Assembly (NCBI RefSeq): GCF_013122565.1
Contig: NZ_CP053258.1
Reading direction: 5' to 3' (one strand)
From: Escherichia coli
Lineage (GTDB): Bacteria > Pseudomonadota > Gammaproteobacteria > Enterobacterales > Enterobacteriaceae
DNA length: 64,000 nt
The stretch's first letter is position 1; every line of letters starts with the position of its first letter. The notes under the pieces were generated by a model. The model did not search any database, was not told the DNA's origin, and was given only the letters and a program-made list of their open reading frames with translations. Both the position numbers and the translations under genes were made by a program. This document shows, one piece after another, positions 13,843-24,400 of this stretch.

Positions 13843-13878
13843 CGTATATCATGGTCAGGATGACAGCAATCCGAAAAA

Positions 13879-16080
13879 CTACCCCTTCCTGCGCAACAAT
13901 CTTAACGCATTCGCCGTCACCAGCACCGTCGCACCCGTATCTGCCAGCACTGCCAGCCATAGTCCGGTCATCCCTAAAAGCGTGGTGACGAGGAAGATCC
14001 CTTTCAGCCCCAGCGCAATGGTGATGTTCTGGCGGATATTGGCGTGAGTGGCGCGTGCCAGTTCAATCATTTGCACCAGGCCGCGCAGGTGGTTATGGGT
14101 TAATGCTGCGTCGGCGGTTTCCAGCGCCACGTCTGTGCCGCTACCCATTGCAATCCCAATGGCGGCAGCTTTCATCGCTGGCGCGTCGTTAATACCATCA
14201 CCGACCATCGCCAGGGGCGCATGTTGATTCAGCTTGGTCACCGCTTTGACTTTATCTTCCGGCAAGAGGCCCGCTTTAAACTCCAGCCCCAGCTCCCCGG
14301 CAATTGCGGCCGCTGCGCGTGGATTATCGCCGGTGAGGATCACTCCTTTAACCCCCAGCGCGTTCAGTTCACTGATGGCAGTTGCAGCATCGGCGCGCAG
14401 GGTATCCTGTAACGCAATGACACCAAGCACGTCATTGTTACGTACTACCAGCACTACCGTTTGCCCGGCGCTTTCCAGTTCGTTAATTAAACCAGCAAAT
14501 GCATCAGCGGGATGTTTCCCGGCAGCGCATATCAACACGCGCTCACCGTTAACCTGCGCTTCAATGCCAGACCCGACCAGCGCCCGCTGTGATTCGGCGG
14601 CGGGAATGGCGAGTGCAGCAACCTGTGCTTCTCGCACGATGGCCTGCGCCAGTGGATGCGTCGCGCCTTGCTCGACCGCCGCCGCCAGTGTCAGCAGTTC
14701 AGATTCACTAATACCCGTTGCCGGATGAATCGCGGTAACGCGCGGTTTACCGACGGTCAGCGTACCGGTTTTATCAAACGCCACCTGGGTAACATGACCC
14801 AGCTGTTCCAGCGCCGCTCCGCCTTTAATCAACGCCCCACGACGCGCTGCCGCCGCCAGCCCGGAGGTAATCGCCGCAGGCGTTGAGATAACTAACGCAC
14901 ACGGGCAGCCAATCAGCAGCAGCGTCAGCCCTTTATAAATCCACTCCTGCCAGCTGGCGGCAAACAGCAGCGGTGGCACCAGCGTCACCAGCAGAGCGAC
15001 GGCCATAATCGCGGGCGTATAGATACGGCTGAAACGGTCGATAAACCGCTCAATGGGTGCGCGACGCTCTTCGGCTTCTTCGATCAGTTTTAGAATCCGG
15101 TCAATGGCGCTGGCACCCGGTTCTGACAGCACTTCCAGCGTTACCAGACGGTCTACGCTGGTGGCACCAGCAGGGACTTTATCGCCCGTCGCGCGCTCCA
15201 CCGGAATGGATTCTCCGGTCAGGGCGCTTTCATCAAAACTGGCAAACGGTGAGAGCAGTTTACCGTCGGCAGGCAAACGTCCACCTGCGGCGACTTCAAT
15301 CATATCGCCAGGGCGCAGGCTGTTAATCGCCACCTCTTCCCGCTCACCGTTACGCAGGCGCGTGGCGGTTTCTGGTTTCAGCGCCATTAACGCGCTAACG
15401 CCCTGACGCGCGCGGCTGGCGGCCCAGCCTTCCAGTCGTTCACCAATCAAAAACAGCAGCAACACCATCGCAGCTTCAGCCGTTGCGCCAATAAACAGTG
15501 CACCAATAGCGGCTACGCTCATTAAGGTTTCAATGGCGAAGTAGCTGCCGGATTTGATCAGCCGTAATGCCTGACGAGCAATCGGGTACAGCCCAACCAG
15601 CGTGGTCGCGATAAACGCCAGTTGCCCGAACGGATGATTAAATTGCTCCAAACCCCAGCTGATTGCCATCATCACGATAAGCGTAATCAGCGGCAGATTC
15701 TCTTTCAGGCGCGATGCTTGTGGCTCGTCGGCGGCCTGCTCATCGCGCAGGGAATAGCCCGCTTTTTGCACCGCAGATTCAACTTGTGCACGGATGTCAT
15801 TGTCGGCATCAACCACCAGTTTTTCGGTGGCGAACAACACCTGTACCTGATTCACGCCTGCAAGCTGGCGCACGGCATTTTCTACCTTGCGCGCACAGGC
15901 GGCGCAGTCCATGCCGCTGACTTTCCAGCTATAGCGGGTGCCGGAGACGTTTTCAGAGAGAGTTGGCGTGCTGGAACATGCGCCGTCGCAGCAACAGTCG
16001 TTGGCGTTCTGTACCGTGGTTAGCGGTTTGAACGCAGCAAATTGAGGGGCTTTCTTGCCGTGATTGTCAGGAGTCGACAT
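13879..16080 (-). CDS. zntA: Zn/Cd/Pb-exporting P-type ATPase ZntA
   Basis: 733 aa, N-terminal GMDCAAC metal-binding motif, CPC transmembrane motif and DKTGT phosphorylation site. Confidence 0.93.
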   Translation of the reverse strand: MSTPDNHGKKAPQFAAFKPLTTVQNANDCCCDGACSSTPTLSENVSGTRYSWKVSGMDCAACARKVENAVRQLAGVNQVQVLFATEKLVVDADNDIRAQVESAVQKAGYSLRDEQAADEPQASRLKENLPLITLIVMMAISWGLEQFNHPFGQLAFIATTLVGLYPIARQALRLIKSGSYFAIETLMSVAAIGALFIGATAEAAMVLLLFLIGERLEGWAASRARQGVSALMALKPETATRLRNGEREEVAINSLRPGDMIEVAAGGRLPADGKLLSPFASFDESALTGESIPVERATGDKVPAGATSVDRLVTLEVLSEPGASAIDRILKLIEEAEERRAPIERFIDRFSRIYTPAIMAVALLVTLVPPLLFAASWQEWIYKGLTLLLIGCPCALVISTPAAITSGLAAAARRGALIKGGAALEQLGHVTQVAFDKTGTLTVGKPRVTAIHPATGISESELLTLAAAVEQGATHPLAQAIVREAQVAALAIPAAESQRALVGSGIEAQVNGERVLICAAGKHPADAFAGLINELESAGQTVVLVVRNNDVLGVIALQDTLRADAATAISELNALGVKGVILTGDNPRAAAAIAGELGLEFKAGLLPEDKVKAVTKLNQHAPLAMVGDGINDAPAMKAAAIGIAMGSGTDVALETADAALTHNHLRGLVQMIELARATHANIRQNITIALGLKGIFLVTTLLGMTGLWLAVLADTGATVLVTANALRLLRRKG

Positions 16081-16122
16081 GGCATCCTCCGGTTAAGTTT
16101 TTTCTCATTAACCGAAGGATAC

Positions 16123-16144
16123 ACTCTGGAGTCGACTCCAGAGT
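16123..16144 (-). promoter_or_regulatory. ZntR operator in the zntA promoter (perfect 22-bp palindrome)
   Basis: actctggagtcgactccagagt read directly, about 45 bp upstream of the zntA start. Confidence 0.75.
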
Positions 16145-16153
16145 CAAGTTTTA

Positions 16154-16780
16154 TCAGAGATACAGCGAGCGGACGATGAGGAAGTGACCGGCAAAGTAGC
16201 AGGCCGCAGCAATCGCGTTATCCGCATGGAAGCGTCGGCGATAGTGGCTACCCAGCCAGACAAAGTTACTGATAAACAGCAACGAAGCGCCAACAAACGC
16301 AGAGAGTGCCGGAGCGGTCGGACGGAAGAACCACAGTTCACCTGCCAGCCACACCATCACCAGCGTCATGCCGATAAACGTGCAGATAGGCCAACGATAC
16401 TCTTCCAGCCGCGTCCAGATAATCGCCAGTAACAGCGCGCCCAGAACCAGCAACACCAGTGGCAGAGGCCAGAAGAAAGAGAGCGTCATCTGACTGGCGA
16501 AATAGATGGTGTACAGCAGGTGCGAGAGGAAAAACGCGCCGATGGCGTACATCAGACGTTGACGTGGCAACAGGGTTAGCGCATCGCCCAGCAGTGAGGC
16601 GCACAGCCCTGCCAGCACCAGATAGCTAATGGCGTCGAACATCGGCGCTTGCCAGGCCAGTAACAGCAGGAGAAGAAGGGTTAACGGTTTAAACACCCAG
16701 CGTTGCCAGGTAGGCCCACGATACGATGCATCCACAGATAGCCATGCGGAAAGACAGACAGCGATAAACGACCAAAGCAT
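16154..16780 (-). CDS. yhhN: Membrane protein YhhN
   Basis: 208 aa multi-TM protein at the expected position next to zntA. Confidence 0.85.
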   Translation of the reverse strand: MLWSFIAVCLSAWLSVDASYRGPTWQRWVFKPLTLLLLLLLAWQAPMFDAISYLVLAGLCASLLGDALTLLPRQRLMYAIGAFFLSHLLYTIYFASQMTLSFFWPLPLVLLVLGALLLAIIWTRLEEYRWPICTFIGMTLVMVWLAGELWFFRPTAPALSAFVGASLLFISNFVWLGSHYRRRFHADNAIAAACYFAGHFLIVRSLYL

Positions 16781-16920
16781 CTTAGTTCCTTGAATTCGTT
16801 ATTTTTTCGTAAGCGGAATGCCTACGGTCTTGCTTCCAGTTTAGTGGCGAGGGTGGACGGATGACAACACCATAACTGGCAGGGTATGCTTATTTCCGCA
16901 TTTTCCGATGAGGGATAAAG

Positions 16921-17280
16921 ATGAGCAAACCACCTCTTTTCTTTATTGTTATCATTGGCTTAATTGTCGTCGCCGCATCGTTTCGTTTTATGCAACAGCG
17001 ACGGGAAAAAGCTGATAATGATATGGCACCGCTCCAGCAAAAGCTGGTGGTGGTGAGCAACAAGCGGGAAAAACCGATTAACGATCGCCGTTCGCGCCAG
17101 CAGGAAGTGACTCCGGCAGGCACCAGTATGCGCTATGAGGCAAGCTTCAAACCGCAAAGCGGAGGAATGGAGCAGACGTTTCGCCTCGACGCCCAGCAGT
17201 ACCACGCCCTGACAGTGGGCGATAAAGGTACGCTGAGCTATAAAGGAACGCGCTTTGTCAGCTTTGTTGGCGAACAATAA
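16921..17280 (+). CDS. yhhM: DUF2500-family protein YhhM
   Basis: 119 aa with N-terminal TM anchor. Confidence 0.85.
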   Translation: MSKPPLFFIVIIGLIVVAASFRFMQQRREKADNDMAPLQQKLVVVSNKREKPINDRRSRQQEVTPAGTSMRYEASFKPQSGGMEQTFRLDAQQYHALTVGDKGTLSYKGTRFVSFVGEQ

Positions 17281-17282
17281 TG

Positions 17283-17552
17283 CTATTTTTTGAGGTTAAT
17301 TTTCTTCTGCCAGGCCAATAGTTCAAACACGCCGAAAAGGAAAATACGCACCTTTTCGGCGGTGGTTAGCTGCGGACTATCCTTCGGTAGGGTCGATTTG
17401 AGTAGCGCCAGTTGCATGGCATGCATCAGCACGGTAAAGATCAGCGCCACGTTAACGAAAATATTCAGCGGACGCGGGAAGGGATGCACCAGGTTGAGGA
17501 TTAAAAATCCCCAAACGCAGAGCATTAACAAACGTCCAATATTAATCAGCAT
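17283..17552 (-). CDS. yhhL: Small membrane protein YhhL
   Basis: 89 aa from the MLINIGRLL Met (the track ORF extends upstream into rsmD). Confidence 0.75.
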   Translation of the reverse strand: MLINIGRLLMLCVWGFLILNLVHPFPRPLNIFVNVALIFTVLMHAMQLALLKSTLPKDSPQLTTAEKVRIFLFGVFELLAWQKKINLKK

Positions 17553-18138
17553 CACTTTCTCCTTGTGCTTCGCGTTGATACAGCCGATAAGCCACCTGAC
17601 CCGCCACTTTTTCCCGATATAATGACCAGTTCGCCGGAACGGTGGGCAGACCGTTTTCGACTTCGCTTTCGACATAAATCAGGGCTTCGTCAGCCAGCCA
17701 GTCGTTATCTTCCAGTAAATTTATCGTCTCTTCTAACAAGCCACGGCGGAACGGTGGATCGACAAACACGATATTATGCGGTGTGCCTTTTTGCGCCAGG
17801 AATGACATCGCGTTGCTGTTCACCACGCGTGCATTGCCTGCTTTTAGTGTCGCCAGATTCTTAATTAACTGCTGAGAAACCGCGCGATCCATCTCAATCA
17901 ACGTGGCCCCCGCAGCGTAGCGCGATAACGCTTCCAGTCCCAGCGCGCCGCTTCCGGCGAAGCAATCCAGACATTGGGCGTCAACAATGACCGGAGCCAG
18001 CCAGTTAAATAACGTTTCGCGTACGCGGTCGGTGGTGGGGCGCAGACCTGGGCTATCAGGAACCGGGAGTTTACGGCCTCGCCACTGCCCGCCAATAATG
18101 CGGATTTGGCCGCTGCCGGAATGATTCGGTTTTTTCAT
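17542..18138 (-). CDS. rsmD: 16S rRNA m2G966 methyltransferase RsmD
   Basis: 198 aa with SAM-binding DCFAGSGALGLEALSR motif. Confidence 0.9.
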   Translation of the reverse strand: MKKPNHSGSGQIRIIGGQWRGRKLPVPDSPGLRPTTDRVRETLFNWLAPVIVDAQCLDCFAGSGALGLEALSRYAAGATLIEMDRAVSQQLIKNLATLKAGNARVVNSNAMSFLAQKGTPHNIVFVDPPFRRGLLEETINLLEDNDWLADEALIYVESEVENGLPTVPANWSLYREKVAGQVAYRLYQREAQGESDAD

Positions 18139-18287
18139 AATAAATTGCTCAATCCGCCAGATAACACATACTTGCAGGCGGTGATGTGAATTAAGTTAAG
18201 TGATAGACTATTTCATCATTTTTTTAGCTGCTATGTACATAGCGTTAACGCTGTGCCATGAAGCAACAGCGAGGAGTGTAGTCGCAA

Positions 18288-19784
18288 ATGGCGAAAGAAA
18301 AAAAACGTGGCTTTTTTTCCTGGCTGGGCTTTGGTCAAAAAGAGCAGACCCCGGAAAAAGAGACAGAAGTTCAGAATGAACAACCGGTTGTAGAAGAAAT
18401 CGTTCAGGCGCAAGAGCCTGCGAAGGCTTCGGAACACGCCGTTGAAGAGCAGCCGCAGGCGCATACTGAGGCCGAAGCGGAAACTTTTGCTGCCGAAGTT
18501 GTGGAAGTCACTGAACAGGTTGCTGAAAGTGAAAAAGCGCAGCCTGAAGCGGAAGTCGTTGCACAGCCGGAACTGGTCGCAGAAGAAACGCCGGAGCCAG
18601 TGGCTATCGAGCGTGAAGAGCTGCCGTTGCCGGAAGACGTCAACGCCGAAGCGGTTTCGCCAGAAGAGTGGCAGGCCGCAGCGGAAACCGTAGAGATTGT
18701 CGAAGCGGCGGAAGAAGAAGCGGCTAAAGAAGAAATCGCCGACGAAGAGCTGGAAGCACAGGCGCTGGCTGCCGAAGCGGCAGAAGAGGCGGTGATGGTG
18801 GTTCCTCCGGCAGAAGAAGAGCAGCCGGTGGAAGAAATCGCTCAGGAGCAGGAAAAACCGACCAAAGAAGGTTTCTTCGCGCGCCTGAAACGCAGCCTGT
18901 TAAAAACCAAAGAAAATCTCGGTTCCGGATTTATCAGCCTGTTCCGCGGTAAAAAAATCGACGATGATTTGTTTGAGGAGCTGGAAGAGCAGCTTTTGAT
19001 CGCCGATGTGGGCGTGGAAACCACACGTAAAATTATCACCAATCTGACGGAAGGCGCATCCCGCAAGCAGCTTCGTGATGCCGAGGCGCTCTATGGCCTG
19101 CTGAAAGAAGAGATGGGTGAGATTCTGGCGAAAGTCGATGAGCCGCTGAATGTTGAAGGCAAAGCGCCGTTTGTGATCCTGATGGTGGGCGTCAACGGTG
19201 TGGGTAAAACCACGACGATTGGTAAGCTGGCACGTCAGTTTGAGCAGCAGGGTAAATCGGTGATGCTGGCGGCGGGCGATACTTTCCGTGCAGCAGCGGT
19301 TGAGCAGCTTCAGGTCTGGGGTCAGCGCAACAATATTCCGGTGATTGCCCAGCATACCGGGGCGGATTCCGCTTCGGTTATCTTCGACGCCATTCAGGCA
19401 GCTAAAGCGCGTAATATCGACGTCCTGATTGCCGATACCGCCGGACGCCTGCAGAACAAATCGCACCTGATGGAAGAGTTGAAGAAAATCGTCCGCGTGA
19501 TGAAGAAACTCGACGTTGAAGCGCCGCATGAAGTTATGCTGACTATCGATGCCAGCACCGGGCAGAACGCGGTAAGCCAGGCCAAACTGTTTCACGAAGC
19601 CGTTGGCTTAACCGGCATCACGCTAACGAAACTGGACGGCACGGCGAAAGGCGGGGTAATTTTCTCGGTGGCTGACCAGTTTGGTATCCCTATCCGCTAC
19701 ATTGGTGTCGGCGAACGTATTGAGGATTTGCGTCCGTTTAAGGCGGACGACTTTATAGAGGCACTTTTTGCCCGAGAGGATTAA
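18288..19784 (+). CDS. ftsY: Signal-recognition-particle receptor FtsY
   Basis: 498 aa; acidic Glu/Ala-rich N-terminal domain followed by an SRP GTPase domain (GVNGVGKTT, DTAGR). Confidence 0.93.
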   Translation: MAKEKKRGFFSWLGFGQKEQTPEKETEVQNEQPVVEEIVQAQEPAKASEHAVEEQPQAHTEAEAETFAAEVVEVTEQVAESEKAQPEAEVVAQPELVAEETPEPVAIEREELPLPEDVNAEAVSPEEWQAAAETVEIVEAAEEEAAKEEIADEELEAQALAAEAAEEAVMVVPPAEEEQPVEEIAQEQEKPTKEGFFARLKRSLLKTKENLGSGFISLFRGKKIDDDLFEELEEQLLIADVGVETTRKIITNLTEGASRKQLRDAEALYGLLKEEMGEILAKVDEPLNVEGKAPFVILMVGVNGVGKTTTIGKLARQFEQQGKSVMLAAGDTFRAAAVEQLQVWGQRNNIPVIAQHTGADSASVIFDAIQAAKARNIDVLIADTAGRLQNKSHLMEELKKIVRVMKKLDVEAPHEVMLTIDASTGQNAVSQAKLFHEAVGLTGITLTKLDGTAKGGVIFSVADQFGIPIRYIGVGERIEDLRPFKADDFIEALFARED

Positions 19785-19786
19785 CA

Positions 19787-20455
19787 ATGATTCGCTTTGA
19801 ACATGTCAGCAAGGCTTATCTCGGTGGGAGACAGGCGCTGCAGGGCGTTACGTTCCATATGCAGCCGGGTGAGATGGCGTTTCTGACCGGTCATTCTGGC
19901 GCAGGGAAAAGTACCCTCCTGAAGCTGATCTGTGGGATTGAGCGGCCCAGCGCCGGGAAAATCTGGTTTAGCGGCCATGACATCACGCGTCTGAAAAACC
20001 GTGAAGTTCCGTTTCTGCGCCGCCAGATTGGCATGATTTTCCAGGATCACCATCTACTGATGGACCGTACTGTCTACGATAACGTGGCGATCCCGCTTAT
20101 TATCGCCGGTGCCAGCGGTGACGATATTCGTCGCCGGGTGTCGGCGGCACTGGATAAAGTCGGGCTACTGGACAAAGCGAAGAACTTCCCTATTCAGCTT
20201 TCTGGCGGTGAACAACAGCGTGTTGGCATTGCCCGCGCGGTGGTGAACAAGCCCGCGGTACTGCTGGCGGACGAACCGACTGGTAACCTGGACGACGCGT
20301 TGTCGGAAGGGATTCTACGTCTGTTTGAAGAGTTTAACCGCGTAGGGGTAACCGTATTGATGGCAACGCACGACATCAACCTGATTTCACGGCGTTCCTA
20401 TCGCATGCTCACCCTGAGCGATGGTCACTTGCATGGAGGCGTGGGCCATGAATAA
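19787..20455 (+). CDS. ftsE: Cell-division ABC ATPase FtsE
   Basis: 222 aa, Walker [10 protein letters not shown] and LSGGEQQR signature. Confidence 0.93.
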
Positions 20456-21506
20456 GCGCGATGCAATCAATCATATTCGGCAGTTTGGCGGGCGTCTGGA
20501 TCGCTTCCGTAAATCGGTCGGCGGCTCTGGCGACGGCGGTCGTAACGCGCCGAAACGCGCGAAATCCTCGCCAAAACCGGTAAATCGCAAAACCAACGTT
20601 TTCAACGAACAGGTGCGCTATGCCTTCCACGGCGCATTGCAGGATCTGAAAAGCAAACCGTTCGCCACGTTTTTAACGGTGATGGTTATCGCCATCTCCC
20701 TGACGCTGCCCAGCGTCTGTTATATGGTGTACAAAAACGTTAACCAGGCGGCGACGCAGTATTATCCGTCACCGCAAATCACTGTTTACTTGCAAAAAAC
20801 GCTGGACGATGACGCCGCTGCGGGCGTGGTGGCACAGTTGCAGGCCGAGCAAGGCGTGGAGAAAGTGAACTATCTTTCTCGTGAAGATGCACTGGGCGAG
20901 TTCCGTAACTGGTCTGGTTTTGGTGGTGCGCTGGATATGCTGGAAGAAAACCCGCTTCCGGCAGTGGCGGTGGTGATCCCGAAACTCGATTTTCAGGGGA
21001 CGGAGTCACTCAATACGCTGCGCGACCGTATCACGCAGATTAACGGCATTGACGAAGTGCGGATGGATGACAGCTGGTTTGCCCGCCTGGCGGCGTTGAC
21101 CGGGCTGGTCGGGCGCGTTTCGGCGATGATCGGCGTGTTGATGGTGGCGGCAGTGTTCCTCGTCATCGGTAACAGTGTACGCCTGAGTATCTTTGCTCGT
21201 CGTGACTCCATTAACGTGCAGAAACTGATTGGTGCAACGGATGGTTTCATCCTGCGCCCGTTCCTGTACGGTGGCGCATTGCTGGGGTTTTCTGGCGCAT
21301 TGTTGTCACTAATTTTGTCAGAAATTCTGGTACTGCGATTGTCATCGGCGGTTGCGGAAGTGGCACAGGTTTTCGGAACGAAGTTTGATATCAATGGCTT
21401 ATCGTTCGATGAATGCCTGCTATTGCTGCTGGTATGCTCGATGATTGGCTGGGTGGCAGCGTGGCTTGCCACGGTACAACATTTACGCCACTTTACGCCT
21501 GAATAA
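20448..21506 (+). CDS. ftsX: Cell-division ABC permease-like protein FtsX
   Basis: 352 aa from the ATG that overlaps the ftsE stop. Confidence 0.9.
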
Positions 21507-21524
21507 TAAAAGCGTGTTATACTC

Positions 21525-21558
21525 TTTCCCTGCAATGGGTTCCGTAGCAGGGAAAGAG
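21525..21558 (+). other. Hairpin between ftsX and rpoH (tctttccctgc...gcagggaaaga), possible partial terminator in the rpoH promoter region
   Basis: Inverted repeat read directly; no strong T-run follows. Confidence 0.35.
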
Positions 21559-21750
21559 ATCCCGTTGTCTCTTCCCGGTATTTCATCTCTATGTCACATT
21601 TTGTGCGTAATTTATTCACAAGCTTGCATTGAACTTGTGGATAAAATCACGGTCTGATAAAACAGTGAATGATAACCTCGTTGCTCTTAAGCTCTGGCAC
21701 AGTTGTTGCTACCACTGAAGCGCCAGAAGATATCGATTGAGAGGATTTGA

Positions 21751-22605
21751 ATGACTGACAAAATGCAAAGTTTAGCTTTAGCCCCAGTTGGCAACCTGGA
21801 TTCCTACATCCGGGCAGCTAACGCGTGGCCGATGTTGTCGGCTGACGAGGAGCGGGCGCTGGCTGAAAAGCTGCATTACCATGGCGATCTGGAAGCAGCT
21901 AAAACGCTGATCCTGTCTCACCTGCGGTTTGTTGTTCATATTGCTCGTAATTATGCGGGCTATGGCCTGCCACAGGCGGATTTGATTCAGGAAGGTAACA
22001 TCGGCCTGATGAAAGCAGTGCGCCGTTTCAACCCGGAAGTGGGTGTGCGCCTGGTCTCCTTCGCCGTTCACTGGATCAAAGCAGAGATCCACGAATACGT
22101 TCTGCGTAACTGGCGTATCGTCAAAGTTGCGACCACCAAAGCGCAGCGCAAACTGTTCTTCAACCTGCGTAAAACCAAGCAGCGTCTGGGCTGGTTTAAC
22201 CAGGATGAAGTCGAAATGGTGGCCCGTGAACTGGGCGTAACCAGCAAAGACGTACGTGAGATGGAATCACGTATGGCGGCACAGGACATGACCTTTGACC
22301 TGTCTTCCGACGACGATTCCGACAGCCAGCCGATGGCACCGGTGCTCTATCTGCAGGATAAATCATCTAACTTTGCCGACGGCATTGAAGATGATAACTG
22401 GGAAGAGCAGGCAGCAAACCGTCTGACCGACGCGATGCAGGGTCTGGACGAACGCAGCCAGGACATCATCCGCGCGCGCTGGCTGGACGAAGACAACAAG
22501 TCCACGTTGCAGGAACTGGCTGACCGTTACGGTGTTTCCGCTGAGCGTGTGCGCCAGCTGGAAAAGAACGCGATGAAAAAACTGCGCGCTGCTATTGAAG
22601 CGTAA
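21751..22605 (+). CDS. rpoH: Heat-shock sigma factor sigma-32
   Basis: 284 aa with sigma-70-family regions 2 and 4. Confidence 0.95.
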   Translation: MTDKMQSLALAPVGNLDSYIRAANAWPMLSADEERALAEKLHYHGDLEAAKTLILSHLRFVVHIARNYAGYGLPQADLIQEGNIGLMKAVRRFNPEVGVRLVSFAVHWIKAEIHEYVLRNWRIVKVATTKAQRKLFFNLRKTKQRLGWFNQDEVEMVARELGVTSKDVREMESRMAAQDMTFDLSSDDDSDSQPMAPVLYLQDKSSNFADGIEDDNWEEQAANRLTDAMQGLDERSQDIIRARWLDEDNKSTLQELADRYGVSAERVRQLEKNAMKKLRAAIEA

Positions 22606-22625
22606 TTTCTGCTATTAAGCAGAGA

Positions 22626-22658
22626 ACCCTGGATGAGAGTCCGGGGTTTTGTTTTTTG
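22626..22658 (+). terminator. Rho-independent terminator of rpoH
   Basis: accctgga...tccggggt stem followed by ttttgtttttt. Confidence 0.55.
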
Positions 22659-22874
22659 GGCCTCTGTAATAATCAATTTCCCCTCCGGCAAAACGCCAAT
22701 CCCCACGCAGATTGTTAATAAACTGTCAAAATAGCTATTCCAATATCATAAAAATCGGGTATGTTTTAGCAGAGTATGCTGCTAAAGCACGGGTAGTCAT
22801 GCATAAAACGAAATAAAGTGCTGAACAACAACATCACAACACACGTAATAACCAGAAGAATGGGGATTCTCAGG

Positions 22875-23978
22875 ATGAACATAAAGGGTAAAGCGTTACT
22901 GGCAGGATGTATCGCGCTGGCATTCAGCAATATGGCTCTGGCAGAAGATATTAAAGTCGCTGTCGTGGGCGCAATGTCCGGGCCGGTGGCACAGTACGGT
23001 GACCAGGAGTTTACTGGCGCTGAGCAGGCGGTAGCGGATATCAACGCTAAAGGCGGCATTAAAGGCAACAAACTGCAAATCGTAAAATATGACGATGCCT
23101 GTGACCCGAAACAGGCGGTTGCGGTGGCGAACAAAGTCGTTAACGACGGCATTAAATACGTGATTGGTCACCTCTGTTCTTCATCAACGCAGCCTGCGTC
23201 TGACATCTACGAAGACGAAGGCATTTTAATGATCACCCCAGCGGCAACCGCGCCGGAGCTGACCGCCCGTGGCTATCAGCTGATCCTGCGCACCACCGGC
23301 CTGGACTCCGACCAAGGGCCGACGGCGGCGAAATATATTCTTGAGAAAGTGAAACCGCAGCGTATTGCTATCGTTCACGACAAACAGCAATACGGCGAAG
23401 GTCTGGCGCGAGCGGTGCAGGACGGCCTGAAGAAAGGCAATGCTAACGTGGTGTTCTTTGATGGTATCACCGCCGGGGAAAAAGATTTCTCAACGCTGGT
23501 GGCGCGTCTGAAAAAAGAGAATATCGACTTCGTTTACTACGGCGGTTATCACCCGGAAATGGGGCAAATCCTGCGTCAGGCACGCGCGGCAGGGCTGAAA
23601 ACTCAGTTTATGGGGCCGGAAGGTGTGGCTAACGTTTCGCTGTCTAACATTGCGGGCGAATCAGCGGAAGGGCTGCTGGTGACCAAGCCGAAGAACTACG
23701 ATCAGGTTCCGGCGAACAAACCCATTGTTGATGCGATCAAAGCGAAAAAACAGGACCCAAGCGGCGCATTCGTCTGGACTACCTACGCCGCGCTGCAATC
23801 TTTGCAGGCGGGTCTGAATCAGTCTGACGATCCGGCAGAAATCGCCAAATACCTGAAAGCGAACTCCGTGGATACCGTGATGGGGCCGCTGACGTGGGAT
23901 GAGAAAGGCGATCTGAAAGGCTTTGAGTTCGGCGTATTTGACTGGCACGCCAACGGCACGGCGACCGATGCGAAGTAA
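22875..23978 (+). CDS. livJ: Periplasmic Leu/Ile/Val-binding protein LivJ
   Basis: 367 aa from the MNIKGK Met with signal peptide; paralogous to LivK in this window. Confidence 0.92.
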   Translation: MNIKGKALLAGCIALAFSNMALAEDIKVAVVGAMSGPVAQYGDQEFTGAEQAVADINAKGGIKGNKLQIVKYDDACDPKQAVAVANKVVNDGIKYVIGHLCSSSTQPASDIYEDEGILMITPAATAPELTARGYQLILRTTGLDSDQGPTAAKYILEKVKPQRIAIVHDKQQYGEGLARAVQDGLKKGNANVVFFDGITAGEKDFSTLVARLKKENIDFVYYGGYHPEMGQILRQARAAGLKTQFMGPEGVANVSLSNIAGESAEGLLVTKPKNYDQVPANKPIVDAIKAKKQDPSGAFVWTTYAALQSLQAGLNQSDDPAEIAKYLKANSVDTVMGPLTWDEKGDLKGFEFGVFDWHANGTATDAK

Positions 23979-23998
23979 CGGATAGATAAATGAAAATG

Positions 23999-24030
23999 CC
24001 CGATGCGCTTAACGTCCATCGGGTTTTTTT
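23999..24030 (+). terminator. Rho-independent terminator of livJ
   Basis: cccgatg...catcggg stem followed by a T7 run. Confidence 0.6.
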
Positions 24031-24082
24031 ATGTTTGTCGAAATGGTTGTAGAAAGATTAAACAATCCAGGATATGCTTATT

Positions 24083-24101
24083 GTACGGTGATGTGCCGTA
24101 C
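24083..24101. promoter_or_regulatory. Palindrome gtacggtgatgtgccgtac upstream of the DUF1778 antitoxin gene; candidate autoregulatory operator
   Basis: Inverted repeat read directly, about 25 bp upstream of the ATG at 24128. Confidence 0.4.
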
Positions 24102-24127
24102 ATATTATACGGAGCAGGAGAGTTCAC

Positions 24128-24394
24128 ATGTCTGCTGTTAAAAAGCAGCGTATCGATCTGCGTTTAACTGACGATGACAAAAGTATGATTGAGGAAGCTG
24201 CAGCGATATCTAATCAGTCCGTCAGCCAATTTATGTTGAACAGCGCTTCGCAGCGGGCTGCGGAAGTGATTGAACAGCATCGGCGGGTGATCCTCAATGA
24301 GGAATCCTGGACGCGGGTGATGGATGCGCTGAGTAATCCACCGTCACCAGGTGAAAAGCTAAAACGTGCGGCAAAACGTCTTCAGGGAATGTAA
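24128..24394 (+). CDS. DUF1778-type antitoxin (AtaR/TacA-like) of a GNAT toxin-antitoxin pair
   Basis: 88-aa ORF 6 bp upstream of a GNAT-toxin-like ORF; family assignment by resemblance. Confidence 0.65.
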   Translation: MSAVKKQRIDLRLTDDDKSMIEEAAAISNQSVSQFMLNSASQRAAEVIEQHRRVILNEESWTRVMDALSNPPSPGEKLKRAAKRLQGM

Positions 24395-24400
24395 TAATTT

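Noticed and set aside
18900-19595. 231-aa ORF on the - strand
   Set aside because: Antisense to ftsY; shadow ORF.
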